A program made the position numbers and the translations under genes. From Marsupella aquatica (lineage: Eukaryota; Plantae; Marchantiophyta): a DNA stretch of 64,000 nucleotides. The notes beneath the pieces were generated by a model, which made no database searches, was not told the DNA's origin, and saw only the letters and a list, made by a program, of their open reading frames with translations. Below are positions 1 through 11,600 of the stretch, piece by piece (position 1 is the first letter of the stretch; every line of letters begins with the position of its first letter). The stretch is from NCBI GenBank assembly GCA_973895155.1, contig OZ316896.1, positions 15,376,576 through 15,440,575 of the forward strand. Reading direction: 5' to 3'.

Positions 1-2055
1 CCTCTCCAAAGATGCCGAGCGCAAGTTCCCCACACATCTCACCATACTCCAAGGCTCTATTCTTAGCGTAGGTGGAGTAAGTAGAAGTGATCGGCATCGC
101 CCATCGTGGCCTCTGCTCCCAAGCCGTCCTGCGGATCTCTTCAATCATGGCTAGAGGTTTGCTTCCTTTTTCGGCTAGCCGCCTGATGTCCTCCGGCCAA
201 TCTCCTCCTGGTAAATCCTTTTCCTTAGCCAGGGCGGCCTCTTCCTCCTGCTTGATTCGCTCCTGAAATTCCTGCACCGTCTGTTTTATGTCGTCGAAGC
301 TCGGGGGAGCAACATCTGGTGGGGGAGACTCAGGGCTACTCTGCTGGTTGGGGTCCCCTCGCACTACCCTTGGAAGTGTGGGGACAAACCGGCCACAGGT
401 CCTTACTCCTGGAACGTGATGGTCCGACCCATAGCCGGAATTATCATGGCTGCAGTCCTCCACTGCCTCCTCTACCTCTTGGACTTTTTTTTTTCCGGCT
501 TCTCCCTCTCCTCTTCGTCGGTAGGAGCTTCAGGCAATTCTGCCTCAGATTCGGAGCTTGAGGTTCCCACGTACATTCGAACACCTGGCTTGGATTCCGG
601 CCTGATTCTCTCCTTGTCTCCAGCAAAGGGGTTTTCTCTTGTGAGCCGGTGTAGGCCTACCTCTGTAGTAGTGTCCTGCATTGTTGCCGTTGCCGTTGTT
701 GTTGCCGATGCCGATTTCTTTTCTTTCTCCAGTAGTTTCAGCAGACTCTGCATGCCTGGTTGCTGCATCGGCAAGTCTTCCTTCCTGGGCCTAAACACCT
801 GCTCGATCGTAGGACTAACAGGTGGTTGAGGCTTCTCAGCCAACGGCCTCGGCGTTGGAGCTTCCTCGGGTGCCCTTACCTGCAGGGGAAGTACCGGGGC
901 AAAAGTCTGACCTCTGGCATACCGGCACAACAGCGGCATGTGATAGCCAAGCCGCGACACGCTCCCCATGCCGATTACCTGCTGCTCCTCCTTTAAGATC
1001 TTCTTCAATTGGTTGAGGAGGTACCCGTTGTAGTCCCGGCTTGGGTCTGGCCTTTCTGCCAGATAGACCTGTGCCTTGCCGATCTCTGCCCTCGGCAAGT
1101 TACAATGCATGGTCACCCGCAAGAAGTCGATCATCTCTCCTATGTGCGGGTTGGTGCAGGTGTTCCGGAAGAAGCCATTCTTTGTTGATGGCCCGAGGAA
1201 CGACCGGAACTCCTTGTCAGGCAAGGTCTTCCTGGTATCAACTTTGGTCTTATTGCCCATCGGCAAGCCAAACACTTCGGCAATCACCTTGGGAGTAAGA
1301 TAGAAATCCTTCCCATATATCCTCGTGCAATTGGTCTCGGGTTCCCATGACCCCACGAATTCTAATAGGTCTGACTCCGGTACCTCCGGCTTCAGCCATG
1401 GTAATCTTACAAAGGCCTCCAAGCCGGATCCGGCCATGAAGCCTTGGTACTTCTTGGTCTGCATGGCCGTAAAGCATGCATCCTCCTCCCGTGCAAAATG
1501 TAGTTGCACCTCCACCTGTAGGGTCGCCGCCCAGCCCTTCCAGGTGTCATCCCTGGTTGGAATGGCCTTGATGGGATCGACCTCCTCCTCTTCGGCTTCT
1601 CCCTGCCTCCTGCTCTGCTGCTCGGCTGGCTTCTTTGGTGCCGCCGACCTTGTTCTTTTTGCCGGGGTGGCTTCATCGTTGACGGCTCCCTTCCTCTTCA
1701 TCTCTGCTGCCGTGGAGGTCTCTCCTAGCACCGTTGCCCGGGTCCACCTTTCCGTGCTACCCTTTAATTCCCAGTGTATGTCATTGCAGTTCTTGATGGC
1801 CTCTCGGATGCCGACGACGCTGTCTTTGCAAAACAGAAGATCGTCGAGTTGATTGGAAGTAGGCGTCCACAGGAACTCGTCCTTGATGAGTTCGCCTCCT
1901 AAGAAAGCCGTCTTCTGCAGCTCCCACAATCGAGCGAGCTCCTGCCGTTCTCGAGCTGCCCTTTCTGACTCCTCGTCCTCGTAAGTCTTGATGTACTCAG
2001 TTGCCCGTTCGAACAGGCATCCCCAGAAATGTGCCGCTTGATTGACGTTGCTCAT
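1..2055 (-). pseudogene. 3'-LTR copy of the LTR-borne accessory ORF (frameshifted near 484-494)
   Basis: ORF 472..2055 is nearly identical to 12928-11360. An expanded T run (ggactttttttttttcc vs ggatttcc) shifts the frame. Confidence 0.85.
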
Positions 2056-2429
2056 ACCCTCCTTAGGTTGATCGTCGGTATCTACTCTCTCCCCGAGTGC
2101 TTGCCTAAGCAGCTGACAGTAGTTGGCCTCCCGTAGTCGTCTGCCTAGTTCGTGCTCGCAAATGAGCCACCATCTCCTGCAAGCGCTCCTTACCCCTCTC
2201 CTCTGCCGGTCCTTCTTCCCGTTGATCCTTCCTAGCCGCCGACGCTTAACGCGCCCTAACCCTAATCGGGTTTTTCACCCTCAGCCTTACCTCCGGCCTC
2301 TGCCCGGGTTCCATGGTTGCCCCTAATTGTTTATATTTTCCTTGTTTTGTCACTATACTAAGGTGTTCCTAGGGTGCCTTCCTGCTTTACCCACTTAACC
2401 GGCCGAGTGATTCCTGTCTAGGCATCACA
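1..2429 (-). repeat. 3' LTR (partial)
   Basis: Matches 10882-13301 with about 19 differences counted by eye (~99% identity). Identity stops exactly at ...ggcatcaca, which is the TG start on the minus strand. Confidence 0.95.
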
Positions 2430-5400
2430 TAGCTCCCCACTTAATTGTGAAGCGTCCTCGCGAACAACTTCATCTTCGTCCATATAGTATTTCTTGAGGC
2501 GGTCATAATGGATGCGAACTGGATATACCTCTCTCGTAATGTTGGCCAATTGCACGGAGCCATTGGGGAACATCATGGTTACTCTAAAGGGTCCTAACCA
2601 GCGAGTGTAAAGCTTTCCTGGAAACCTACTATACCTACTGTCATAAAGTAGCACAAGATCACCGGTATGAATACTAACTACTTTTAACCTTTTATCATAC
2701 TGCTGCTTCATGATATTCTGTCTATATTCTACTCTCTCGGCTGAAATCATTCTCGCTTCCTCTAAAGCTTCTAACCTATATTCTCGCTCCTTTAGGCTCT
2801 CCTCCGCTGAGGCTCTTTCCTCAATTGTAACTTGAAATGTCGGTATCTCAAGTTGCATGGGTACCAGGGCTTCTTGTCCAAAGGTTAAGAAGAAGGGTGT
2901 ATGACCGGTAGTGGATTTATAGGCCAGATTGTAAGCAAAAACAGCAGCAAACAATTTATCATCCCAATCGAGTTTGTTCTGAGCTACTGTCTTGTTCAAT
3001 ATCTTTCCTATGATTCTGTTTGCTCGTTCTGTCAACCCGTTTGCCTTTGGATGGTAGGGAGTAGTAGGCCTATGTTTAACTAAATACTGCTCATTTAAAC
3101 GACTAATTATATCATTCAAAAAATGGGTTCCTCTATCACTAACTAATTCTAGGGGTGCTCCATACCTGGTGAAGATCTGCTCATACATGAATCTAGCCGT
3201 AGTAATTGCATCATCCTTCGTTGTTGGTCTGGCCTCTACCCATTTAGTTGCATAATCCGTAGCCAGGATTATGTACTTGTTCCGTCGAGGGTGGGTCAGT
3301 GGTTTCAGAGGTCCAATGTAATCAATACCCCACTTCTCGAATGGTGCCAGAGATAGAATAGGGTGCAGTGGATGCCTGGTGGACGCCCTTGGTCCTCCCG
3401 CTCGTTGACAAGGATCGCATTGTTTGATAAACTGATAGACATCTTTGTGCAAGGTGGGCCACCAGTAACCGGCATTTAATATCTTCTTAGACGTGGTTAC
3501 TGGGGCAAAATGTCCTCCGGCCTCCTCTCCATGCATGGCCCGTAGGACTCGTTTTACCTCTCTCTTCTCCAAACACCTTTGAATCGTGCCGTTGATTCCA
3601 TGCTTGTGCAGTATGCCTTTAATGCACTGATACTGTCTGACCTTCCGCACAAAGACTGCGGCTTGCTCTCGGCTTAATCCTGGCTGTAATCTGGAAGTGC
3701 TGAGAAATTGTAAAATCTCAGGGTACCATGTACCAGCTATTTCCACAACGAATAGCTCCTCGTCGGGGAATCGATCATCGATGCAATCCGTGGCAGGTTT
3801 ACCTGTGATCCTTGAAAAGAAGTCGGCATTGGCATGTAACTTTCCTGGCTTGATCCTCAGCTCATAGTCAAACTCCTGTAATAGCAAAATCCATCTTGCT
3901 ACTCTGCCTGTAAGGTCCGGCTTATTGACTAGGTACTTCAAACTTTCATGATCAGTATGAAAGATTACCTTGTACCCTAGTAAATAATGCCTAAACTTTT
4001 TACAAGAATAAATGACTCCTAATGCTTCTCTTTCCGTGGTAGAGTAGTTCCGTTCGGCATCGGCAAGCTGACGGCTTGCGAAGTATATGGGATGGTCCCT
4101 TCCTTTCTCATCCAACTGACTTAGTACTGAGCCAATACAGAAGCCTGAGACATCTACAAAAACATGAAAATCTTTGTTCCAGTCCGGTGCTATCATGACT
4201 GGGGCCTCTACTAACATCTGCTTCAATTCTACCACCGCTGTGACTCGTTCGGGTGTGGGTTCGAAGTCTGCTCCTGCCTTGAGCATATTGGTTAATGGTA
4301 AAGCTAGCTTGGCAAAATCCTTGATGAACCGGCGATAGTAACCAATGCATCCCAAGAAGGATCTTACATCCTTTATGTTCTTAGGTTGCATGATATCTAG
4401 CCATACTGCTAGCTTACCTTTGTCAATCTCAATGCCCTTCCTTGATACCTTGTGACCTAGTAGCACCCCCTCGGTTACTGCAAAAAAACATTTATCTGGG
4501 TGTAACTTGAGACCCACCTCCCTACATCTCATGAAGGTTTTCCTGAGGTATTTAGCATGTTTGGATGCCTTCCCGAATACTGCAAAGTCATCAATGAAGA
4601 TTTCCATGAACTTTCTCAAGTAATCATGAAAAATGTTCACCATTAATCGTTGGAATATAGCTGGTGCGTTGCAGAGTCCAAACGGCATACGATTGAAGAC
4701 ATAGATCCCCCATTCCGTGATGAAGGCCGTCTTGATTTGGTCTTCCTGCCGAATCCTGATTTGGTTATAACCAGAGTATCCATCCATGAATGAATATAGT
4801 TCATGACTGGCTACCATGTCTAGTACCATATCAGTAAACGGTAAAGGAAAATGGTCTTTTAATGTTGCTTCATTCAGCTTCCTGTAATCCTGACAAACCC
4901 GGATCTTGGGTTTACCATCGGGTCCAGCTTTCTTGGGAACTATCACAATTGGAGACACCCAGTCTGAATGCAGGACTGGAGTGATGAATCCAGCTTCCAC
5001 TAGTTTGTCGATTTCTGTTTTGACCAGCAGGGAATACTTCGGGTTCATCCTTCGAATTGGTTGTCGAAATGATTTGGCTCCTAACATGAGATCAATTCGA
5101 TGTTCCCCTAGTGTTGGATCTACGCCCTTTAGATCTTGGTGACTCCATGCAAACACATCCTGAAATTCAATCAATAAGTCACTGATCTCTTTCTCGAGCT
5201 CAGGTGCTAGGTTTCTCCCTAAGTTCAGTTCTCTTCCCTCTCCTAAGTCGAGCTTCCGATATTGCCGTGCTTGGATCATATTAATCTGCTTCTTCAAATT
5301 CGGGTCCAGTTCGGCTTCCAGTCTCTCTAATCTCATACCTCCATAAACTGGGATCTCGGCTGGACTAGCCGAGTCGGTCCCTTCCTTGGTGTCCATAGAT

Positions 5401-5684
5401 TGTCCCCTTACCGGTCTATTCGGTTTTGAATTAGTGGTCGGCTCCCCTTCCTGCCTTGGCTCTGGATCGTGTCTGTCCATCTCATCCACCTCTTGCTCCT
5501 GAGAGTTAGGCCGCTGTGCTTTCTCGGCTTCTAATAGGGCCTCAATTTGTTCTGCCCTCGTAATCGGCTTGTATGCCGATCCCTTGGTATTTAATTCCTT
5601 GCCGATGATCGATGGCGTTGTGGACCCCGTCAGCTCTGCCACAACGCCTGCAGAAAATCCACTGTCCCTGCTACTGCTCCCCAC
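2418..5684 (-). CDS. pol: pol: reverse transcriptase, RNase H, integrase (probably expressed by -1 frameshift from gag-pro)
   Basis: Intact 1088-aa ORF. RT FIDD; RNase H DVS...YFASRQL...TDH; integrase H..H..C..C zinc finger, WGIDY, SDRG, E motifs and WLGPF. The stop codon lies just inside the 3' LTR. Confidence 0.95.
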   Translation of the reverse strand: MGSSSRDSGFSAGVVAELTGSTTPSIIGKELNTKGSAYKPITRAEQIEALLEAEKAQRPNSQEQEVDEMDRHDPEPRQEGEPTTNSKPNRPVRGQSMDTKEGTDSASPAEIPVYGGMRLERLEAELDPNLKKQINMIQARQYRKLDLGEGRELNLGRNLAPELEKEISDLLIEFQDVFAWSHQDLKGVDPTLGEHRIDLMLGAKSFRQPIRRMNPKYSLLVKTEIDKLVEAGFITPVLHSDWVSPIVIVPKKAGPDGKPKIRVCQDYRKLNEATLKDHFPLPFTDMVLDMVASHELYSFMDGYSGYNQIRIRQEDQIKTAFITEWGIYVFNRMPFGLCNAPAIFQRLMVNIFHDYLRKFMEIFIDDFAVFGKASKHAKYLRKTFMRCREVGLKLHPDKCFFAVTEGVLLGHKVSRKGIEIDKGKLAVWLDIMQPKNIKDVRSFLGCIGYYRRFIKDFAKLALPLTNMLKAGADFEPTPERVTAVVELKQMLVEAPVMIAPDWNKDFHVFVDVSGFCIGSVLSQLDEKGRDHPIYFASRQLADAERNYSTTEREALGVIYSCKKFRHYLLGYKVIFHTDHESLKYLVNKPDLTGRVARWILLLQEFDYELRIKPGKLHANADFFSRITGKPATDCIDDRFPDEELFVVEIAGTWYPEILQFLSTSRLQPGLSREQAAVFVRKVRQYQCIKGILHKHGINGTIQRCLEKREVKRVLRAMHGEEAGGHFAPVTTSKKILNAGYWWPTLHKDVYQFIKQCDPCQRAGGPRASTRHPLHPILSLAPFEKWGIDYIGPLKPLTHPRRNKYIILATDYATKWVEARPTTKDDAITTARFMYEQIFTRYGAPLELVSDRGTHFLNDIISRLNEQYLVKHRPTTPYHPKANGLTERANRIIGKILNKTVAQNKLDWDDKLFAAVFAYNLAYKSTTGHTPFFLTFGQEALVPMQLEIPTFQVTIEERASAEESLKEREYRLEALEEARMISAERVEYRQNIMKQQYDKRLKVVSIHTGDLVLLYDSRYSRFPGKLYTRWLGPFRVTMMFPNGSVQLANITREVYPVRIHYDRLKKYYMDEDEVVREDASQLSGELCDA
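2430..2444 (-). other. polypurine tract
   Basis: Minus strand AAGTGGGGAGCTA lies immediately before the TGTGATG LTR start. Confidence 0.75.
5614..5660 (-). promoter_or_regulatory. putative -1 programmed ribosomal frameshift signal
   Basis: G_GAT_TTT in gag phase (5660-5654), a 5-nt spacer, then a perfect 10-bp stem GGCGTTGTGG/CCACAACGCC with a 15-nt loop. The -1 frame is the pol ORF. Confidence 0.75.
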
Positions 5685-8584
5685 TTAGCCGTCTCATCCA
5701 ATTGGTCTACATCCTTAACTTCCTCCGGAATTGCAGCTAAAAAGGTGGATTCTATTGTAAAGCAGTCCTCGACCTCTTCGTCTTCTTCTTCCAAGTCACC
5801 TTCCATTGGTTCTTGCCATAATCCGCTGGGGGGTACCTCTGGTCCAAAGACACCTTCTTCGGTTAGGTTAGTGAAGCATTCTAACCAACGTACTTCATCG
5901 GCTGACTCCAGTCCACTATCGTACCCATCTACTTCCCTTATGCTTTTCCTACGGTCATCCTTAGTGTCCCAGGATACCGTGATAGAGGGGGTCCCGAAAG
6001 TGAACTGCTTTTTACCCCAATCTTCTATTACCTCGGCTAGGTACAGCCATGGCCTACCAATCAATAGCCGGAATGACGTAGGATTTACCGGCTTCATTAC
6101 TACATAGTTAATGCTAAAGAAGATACCTCCTATCTCTGTCTTGATGCCGGTTAACACTCCCGTCGGAATGACCTGATATCCATTGGCCATGTTCAACACT
6201 CTTCCAGTCATCTCCGGTGTTAGACCCCACCCTTTTGCTGTTGAATCAATCATAATACATACCCCTGATCCTCCATCGATGGGTACCCGTAGTAATAATT
6301 CTCCTTGAATCATTAATGGTAATGCTGGGGCTCCTTGATCTTCTTCTATCATTAGTACGTCGGATCTGGTTGCTACCTTGGGTAATCTCGGCTTGCCGAG
6401 AATAGCCTTCCTTAATTGCTTCCGGAAGTACGGGCTATTTTTCAATAGTTGACCTACTGTTGCCGAGACTCTAGATTCTAGTACATCTTTAGCCAGGTCA
6501 TAGGGAACAATCGGCTTCTCTTCTGGTGGTGTTTCCGTCTTGGATTCGGCCAGTTTTGCCACGCTAGTCTCCACAGCTGTTGGGTCTTCCGAAGCAAACA
6601 ATGCTTTTGCTCGTTTTACATCCTTGGCAATGGCTTCGGTATTCTCCAGGGTTTCTAATTCTCTTAGTTGTTCCTTAACACTAGCCGTAACAGAGGGGTA
6701 GAACAACTTAGGATGATCTCGATTGAAGTCGCTATCTTGTGAAGGATTGGTTTCACTGGTGGGCTCATGGCTTACCTGTATTGCCGGAGCCCTCCCTTCT
6801 CCTTCTGTTGATGTTGACGAAGAGTCGATCCTTTCCTCCGTAACCTTCCCTTTATTTTTGGCCAGCCCATCCCACCTTTCCTTCCTTCTGGTAGATCGAG
6901 TAGAGATCCGGTAGCAATCATGATCTAAATCCTCCTCTGAGAAGGTTGATAGGGCTTCGGCCTCATCATCAGATGGTACGAACTCTGCCTTGGCATCCTC
7001 TTGCCATCCTAGTTCGATGTGGTTGATTTGAACTCCTCCGGGGGTAGTACCTGGCGGTAAGATCTTGATCGGCAAAAGCTTATGATTTGCGGCCAGGCCT
7101 GCCAACCAAGTAGGACATTGCCCTAGCATATGACCTTCCTGTCGGCATCCCATACATAGCTGAGCTGGTTGTCCATCACCCTGTTTGCGTGCATTCGGGC
7201 ATTCTCTAGCAAAATGGCCAGGTTGACCACAATTATAGCACGCCGCAAATCTTTGCACATTCGGCCTAGGAGGTACTGACGGGTTCTGAATAATCCTAGG
7301 ATACATCTCTCCTGGATTGTTCCTTAACCCTGACCACAGAGATGCAGGTCTGTTGGATAGGTCTCGTGCTCCAGTCTCACTGATGCCGAAAACACTATCA
7401 GCGGCATCTCCCAAAAAGTACTCTACTTCTCCCTGACATGGTCTGATCTCGGCCACATGCCGAACATGATTAGTATTAAGCTTAGGACAAGCATCTTTAT
7501 GGTGTCCGGTTTTATAACATAAGGCACACCATACAGAGCTATCCTCCTGTACTACCTTCTTCTTTGGTTTTACCTCTGCAATGATAGCCTTAAGTTGCTC
7601 GGTAAGGGCTACGATGTTATCTGGTGGCTTAGCCTCCATCTTGACTTTCGTCTTCCCTCTCCTTCTGCCCTTCCTTTTCCTAGTTTTTTCTTCTTCAGAA
7701 CTAGAAGATGACTCACTCTTGCTACTCCCACTATCCGAGCTTGACTTATCACTTCTAGACTTCTTGGAATGTTTCTTCTTCTTATCTTTTTTCTTATGGG
7801 GTGATCCCTCCTCTGATGAGGAACTCTCAGACTTAAGTTGTTTCTTCCGGCTTGTGATATCTGCATTAATGTATAATTGAATATCCTTAATTGCTTCGGC
7901 TAAGGTCTCCGGGTTCTCCTTCCTAATTGCAAAACTCATCTTCTGTGGCAAAGCATTCACCAACCATTGAAGTTGCATACCTTCAGATGCATTGGTCTTT
8001 GTACGTCTTACCAGTTTCTGAAAGCGTTGCAAGAACTTCCTGAAGGATTTGTTCTCCTTGAACCGAAGTTGTCCCAACTTCAGCACTGCTAGTTCTAAAG
8101 TTCCAATGGGTCGAAACTCCTTAACAAAGAGTGTTTTGAAGATATCCCAGATGGCTTGATCTTCCACATCTAATGCTCTGTACCAAGGCCTAGCCTCACC
8201 CTTGAACAGGCCGGGAAGAATCTGCATCTTGATGGCCGATTCTCCATTTGCTGCAGCGGTTCCCTCGAAATCATCCAACCATTCGTCCGGATCCTCATCT
8301 CCTCTCCCATGAAATGCCTTGTAATGTATGCGTGACCGTTGGCTCAATCTGGTCCCTGGCCTCTCGTCTGGCCGTGCCTCTGGTTCCCCCATGTCAGTTG
8401 GAGACTCACTTCTCCTTACCGACTCTTCTTCTGGTATGTCTTCTTCGACGCCACTTCCAGTTTCGGAGCTACCAGCTCTTTCTGCCCCTCTCAGTCGCTG
8501 TGTATCATGCCACCCGGCGAGCTGCTGCAGTCGAGCTCTCTCCCGTTGAATCACTCTTTCTTCCCTCGGCGTAAGGTCAGTCAT
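5630..8584 (-). CDS. gag: gag-aspartic protease polyprotein
   Basis: 984 aa. Retrotransposon capsid-like region (FHGRGDEDPDEWL...ARPWY), three CCHC knuckles (CALC..H..C, CYNC..H..C, CMGC..H..C), protease IDGGSG and LLIGRPWL. Confidence 0.92.
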   Translation of the reverse strand: MTDLTPREERVIQRERARLQQLAGWHDTQRLRGAERAGSSETGSGVEEDIPEEESVRRSESPTDMGEPEARPDERPGTRLSQRSRIHYKAFHGRGDEDPDEWLDDFEGTAAANGESAIKMQILPGLFKGEARPWYRALDVEDQAIWDIFKTLFVKEFRPIGTLELAVLKLGQLRFKENKSFRKFLQRFQKLVRRTKTNASEGMQLQWLVNALPQKMSFAIRKENPETLAEAIKDIQLYINADITSRKKQLKSESSSSEEGSPHKKKDKKKKHSKKSRSDKSSSDSGSSKSESSSSSEEEKTRKRKGRRRGKTKVKMEAKPPDNIVALTEQLKAIIAEVKPKKKVVQEDSSVWCALCYKTGHHKDACPKLNTNHVRHVAEIRPCQGEVEYFLGDAADSVFGISETGARDLSNRPASLWSGLRNNPGEMYPRIIQNPSVPPRPNVQRFAACYNCGQPGHFARECPNARKQGDGQPAQLCMGCRQEGHMLGQCPTWLAGLAANHKLLPIKILPPGTTPGGVQINHIELGWQEDAKAEFVPSDDEAEALSTFSEEDLDHDCYRISTRSTRRKERWDGLAKNKGKVTEERIDSSSTSTEGEGRAPAIQVSHEPTSETNPSQDSDFNRDHPKLFYPSVTASVKEQLRELETLENTEAIAKDVKRAKALFASEDPTAVETSVAKLAESKTETPPEEKPIVPYDLAKDVLESRVSATVGQLLKNSPYFRKQLRKAILGKPRLPKVATRSDVLMIEEDQGAPALPLMIQGELLLRVPIDGGSGVCIMIDSTAKGWGLTPEMTGRVLNMANGYQVIPTGVLTGIKTEIGGIFFSINYVVMKPVNPTSFRLLIGRPWLYLAEVIEDWGKKQFTFGTPSITVSWDTKDDRRKSIREVDGYDSGLESADEVRWLECFTNLTEEGVFGPEVPPSGLWQEPMEGDLEEEDEEVEDCFTIESTFLAAIPEEVKDVDQLDETAKWGAVAGTVDFLQALWQS

Positions 8585-8631
8585 TACCTACGCTTCCGTT
8601 CTAACTTCATATCTCACGGCTTAAGAAATGC

Positions 8632-8649
8632 CCCCTCCATCTAGCGCCA
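8632..8649 (-). other. primer binding site
   Basis: TGGCGCTAGATGGAGGG lies 4 nt after the LTR-terminal CA. The cognate tRNA was not determined. Confidence 0.8.
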
Positions 8650-8653
8650 AAAA

Positions 8654-11600
8654 TGTGGTGCGTCCCATGGCTCCCTAAACCCAAGAAACCCCCCAGCTCA
8701 AGCCGATTCCCGCAGGTTTCGTGCTTGGCGAGGCCGTTTCCGCGGCTTAGCGGCATGGGACGCTGCTAACCTTCTACTACTACTATTAACATTTTACACA
8801 CATATACTGGACAGATCCTTCATCGGGTCATGAGATACGTAGTCGGCCTAATATAGGCCTTCCCCTGTCTTCCCCTGTCTTCCCCTCCGTCTTGTTAGGT
8901 ATGTTTGGATTCCGCCGCCGGAATGATCCCCAATAGGCTTGGTTAAGCCGCTAAGACCTCTCTCAGCTCGACACATCCAACTCTCACTCCCCTGCTTACT
9001 TTCCTTCCTTCTGTTGATGTGGGCACTCTTCACACAAGTTAATGCGACACACAAATAGCAAAATGACTCATTCTGACTGAGTCATACCATGCACTTGCCA
9101 TACAAACAGTACATCTCATACACAAGTTCTGCGAACTAAGCCGTGAGGCCAACTCTATTCAGCTCTTAGGCATGAGGAAACATGAATATACACAAGGGTC
9201 ACTGTATGACTAACCGAGAGCTTCTCGTACTACTTGATCCCAGCCCGGCTGGTGCAAACTAAAAACTTGCTAAAGAAGAGGCCCTGAGCTCCCCGCTGCC
9301 CAGGTACTTATCCTGGTAGTGGATCCGCCATTCTTTGCATCGTAAGCCTAATCTACTTAACAGTAATCTACTTGCCCGAATCTACCTATGTACAGCAAGG
9401 CAGGAGCACAAGTGTTGCTCCTACCAGTGGGACCGCAATCCCACTAAGCTAAGTGTCAGGGCCGCTCCTGGTTCTGATCCTAATCCTAAACGTGGAGATC
9501 CGTGCCCGCCCTGCCCACTCACGCCTCCTCCCTCCACGTCCGCCCTCCCTAAAAGGAACGGCGCCCTTGCACCGTCACGACACCGGTGGTGGATCCTCAA
9601 TGGACGCCCCCAACACTTCCTCCTCAGCCACTGCCGTTGGCCCGCCTACTGACAGATTACCTGCCCTTGACCGAGTCAACTCTCCATCGGCCTGACTGGG
9701 TCCACCTTCGGCTTCAGCCTCGACAACTCCCACGGCTTCGGCTTCAGCCACCCCCACGGCTTCGGCCTCAGCCAACCCCACGGCTTCGGCTTCCCCTTCC
9801 CCTAGGGTAGTTGGATCCTTAGCCGTGACCCTGTCTGGGGTCGGTGCTGGGTCTACCTCCTTGATCACCACGGCCTGTGAAGTCGTATTACTCCTTGACC
9901 CTGCAGGTTTCCGCTTCTTCTTCGTTGGTGGCTCGGCAGCTGGTCCCTTCCCCTTCCCACTTACCTCCGGCACTGGTGCAGGTGGGGCGGCTTGTCCTTC
10001 GGCAATTACCACCCCTGGTAACTGGTTTGTCCCAACAGGAGATGGACCTGCTGCAGCTAAGCATTTAAATACTGCGGCTTGTTTCTTCAGCCGCTCTGTT
10101 TGGTTGTCGGCCCGCCGCTGTAGGTTCTCCATCTTCCTCGTGATTTCCTCCAACTCCTCTTGGGTTTCATCCAGGTCCTTACGTGCCCCCTCCAGCTCGT
10201 TTTTGGCCTCCTCCTGCTCCCTGTGGGCTTCCTCCAATTCCTTCTTCAAGGTAGCCTTCTCCTCCTAGGTTGCTCTTAGCTCCTTGTCGAGCTCTGCAAT
10301 GATGACAGACTCCATCTGGTTCATCTTGGCGTAAGTCTGTTCGAGCATCTCGTCCTTCTCCCTTAGGTCGGCCTTGAAGCTGGCCGTCAGGGACGCAAGC
10401 TCCTGCTGCAGCGCCATAATCCCTTGATAGGATTTCCCTAACTCGACTTCCTTCTGCTCAAGGGCTCCGCGGATTTTCTCGAGCTCCCCTTTCAACGCCC
10501 ATTCCTTTCTTTGGGTCTCCGCCATGGCCCGGCTGTTGGCTGTTATGTGGGCCTCCTCTGTATTCTTCAGCTCTTGCTTCCACTTTTCCCTTTCTTTGAT
10601 CGTGTCGGCCAACTCTTCCTGCGTCTGAGTCAGTTTATCCTTGATATTCTGATTATCAGCCTACGCGGCGTCCAACTGCCCCTGCATGATGTTGAGCTCA
10701 TGTCGTTTAATCCGTAGTTCATCTTGGGCTTTCTTGGCCGCCCTTAGATCTTCAATCTCGGCTCCCATCCTCCTAAGCCGCCGAATGACCTCGTCCTTCT
10801 TGCTTCTCTCTAAAGCCACCGCTTCTTCTAATTGGTGCTTCTCCAACTGCTCCCTATGGAAAAAGGGTCCTACCTCCAACTCCTCTCCAAAGATGCCGAG
10901 CGCAAGTTCCCCACACATCTCACCATACTCCATGGCTCTATTCTTAGCGTAGGTGGAGTAAGTAGAAGTGATCGGCATCGCCCATCGTGGCCTCTGCTTC
11001 CAAGCCGTCCTGCGGATCTCTTCAATCGTGGCTAGAGGTTTGCTTCCTTTTTCGGCTAGCCGCCTGATGTCCTCCGGCCAATCTCCTCCTAGTAAATCCT
11101 TTTCCTTAGCCAGGGCGGCCTCTTCCTCCTGCTTGATTCGCTCCTGAAATTCCTGCACCGTCTGTTTTATGCCGTCGAAGCTCGGGGGAGCAACATCTGG
11201 TGGGGGAGACTCAGGGCTACTCTGCTGGTTGGGGTCCCCTCGCACTACCCTTGGAAGTGTGGGGACAAACCGGCCACAGGTCCTTACTCCTGGAACGTGA
11301 TGGTCCGACCCATAGCCGGAATTATCATGGCTGCAGTCCTCCACTGCCTCCTCTACCTCTTGGATTTCCGGCTTCTCCCTCTCCTCTTCCTCGGTAGGAG
11401 CTTCAGGCAATTCTGCCTCAGATTCGGAGCTTGAGGTTCCCACGTACATTCGAACACCTGGCTTGGATTCCGGCCTGATTCTCTCCTTGTCTCCAGCAAA
11501 GGGGTTTTCTCTTGTGAGCCGGTGTAGGCCTACCTCTGTAGTAGTGTCCTGCATTGTTGCCGTTGCCGTTGTCGTTGCCGATGCCGATTTCTTTTCTTTC

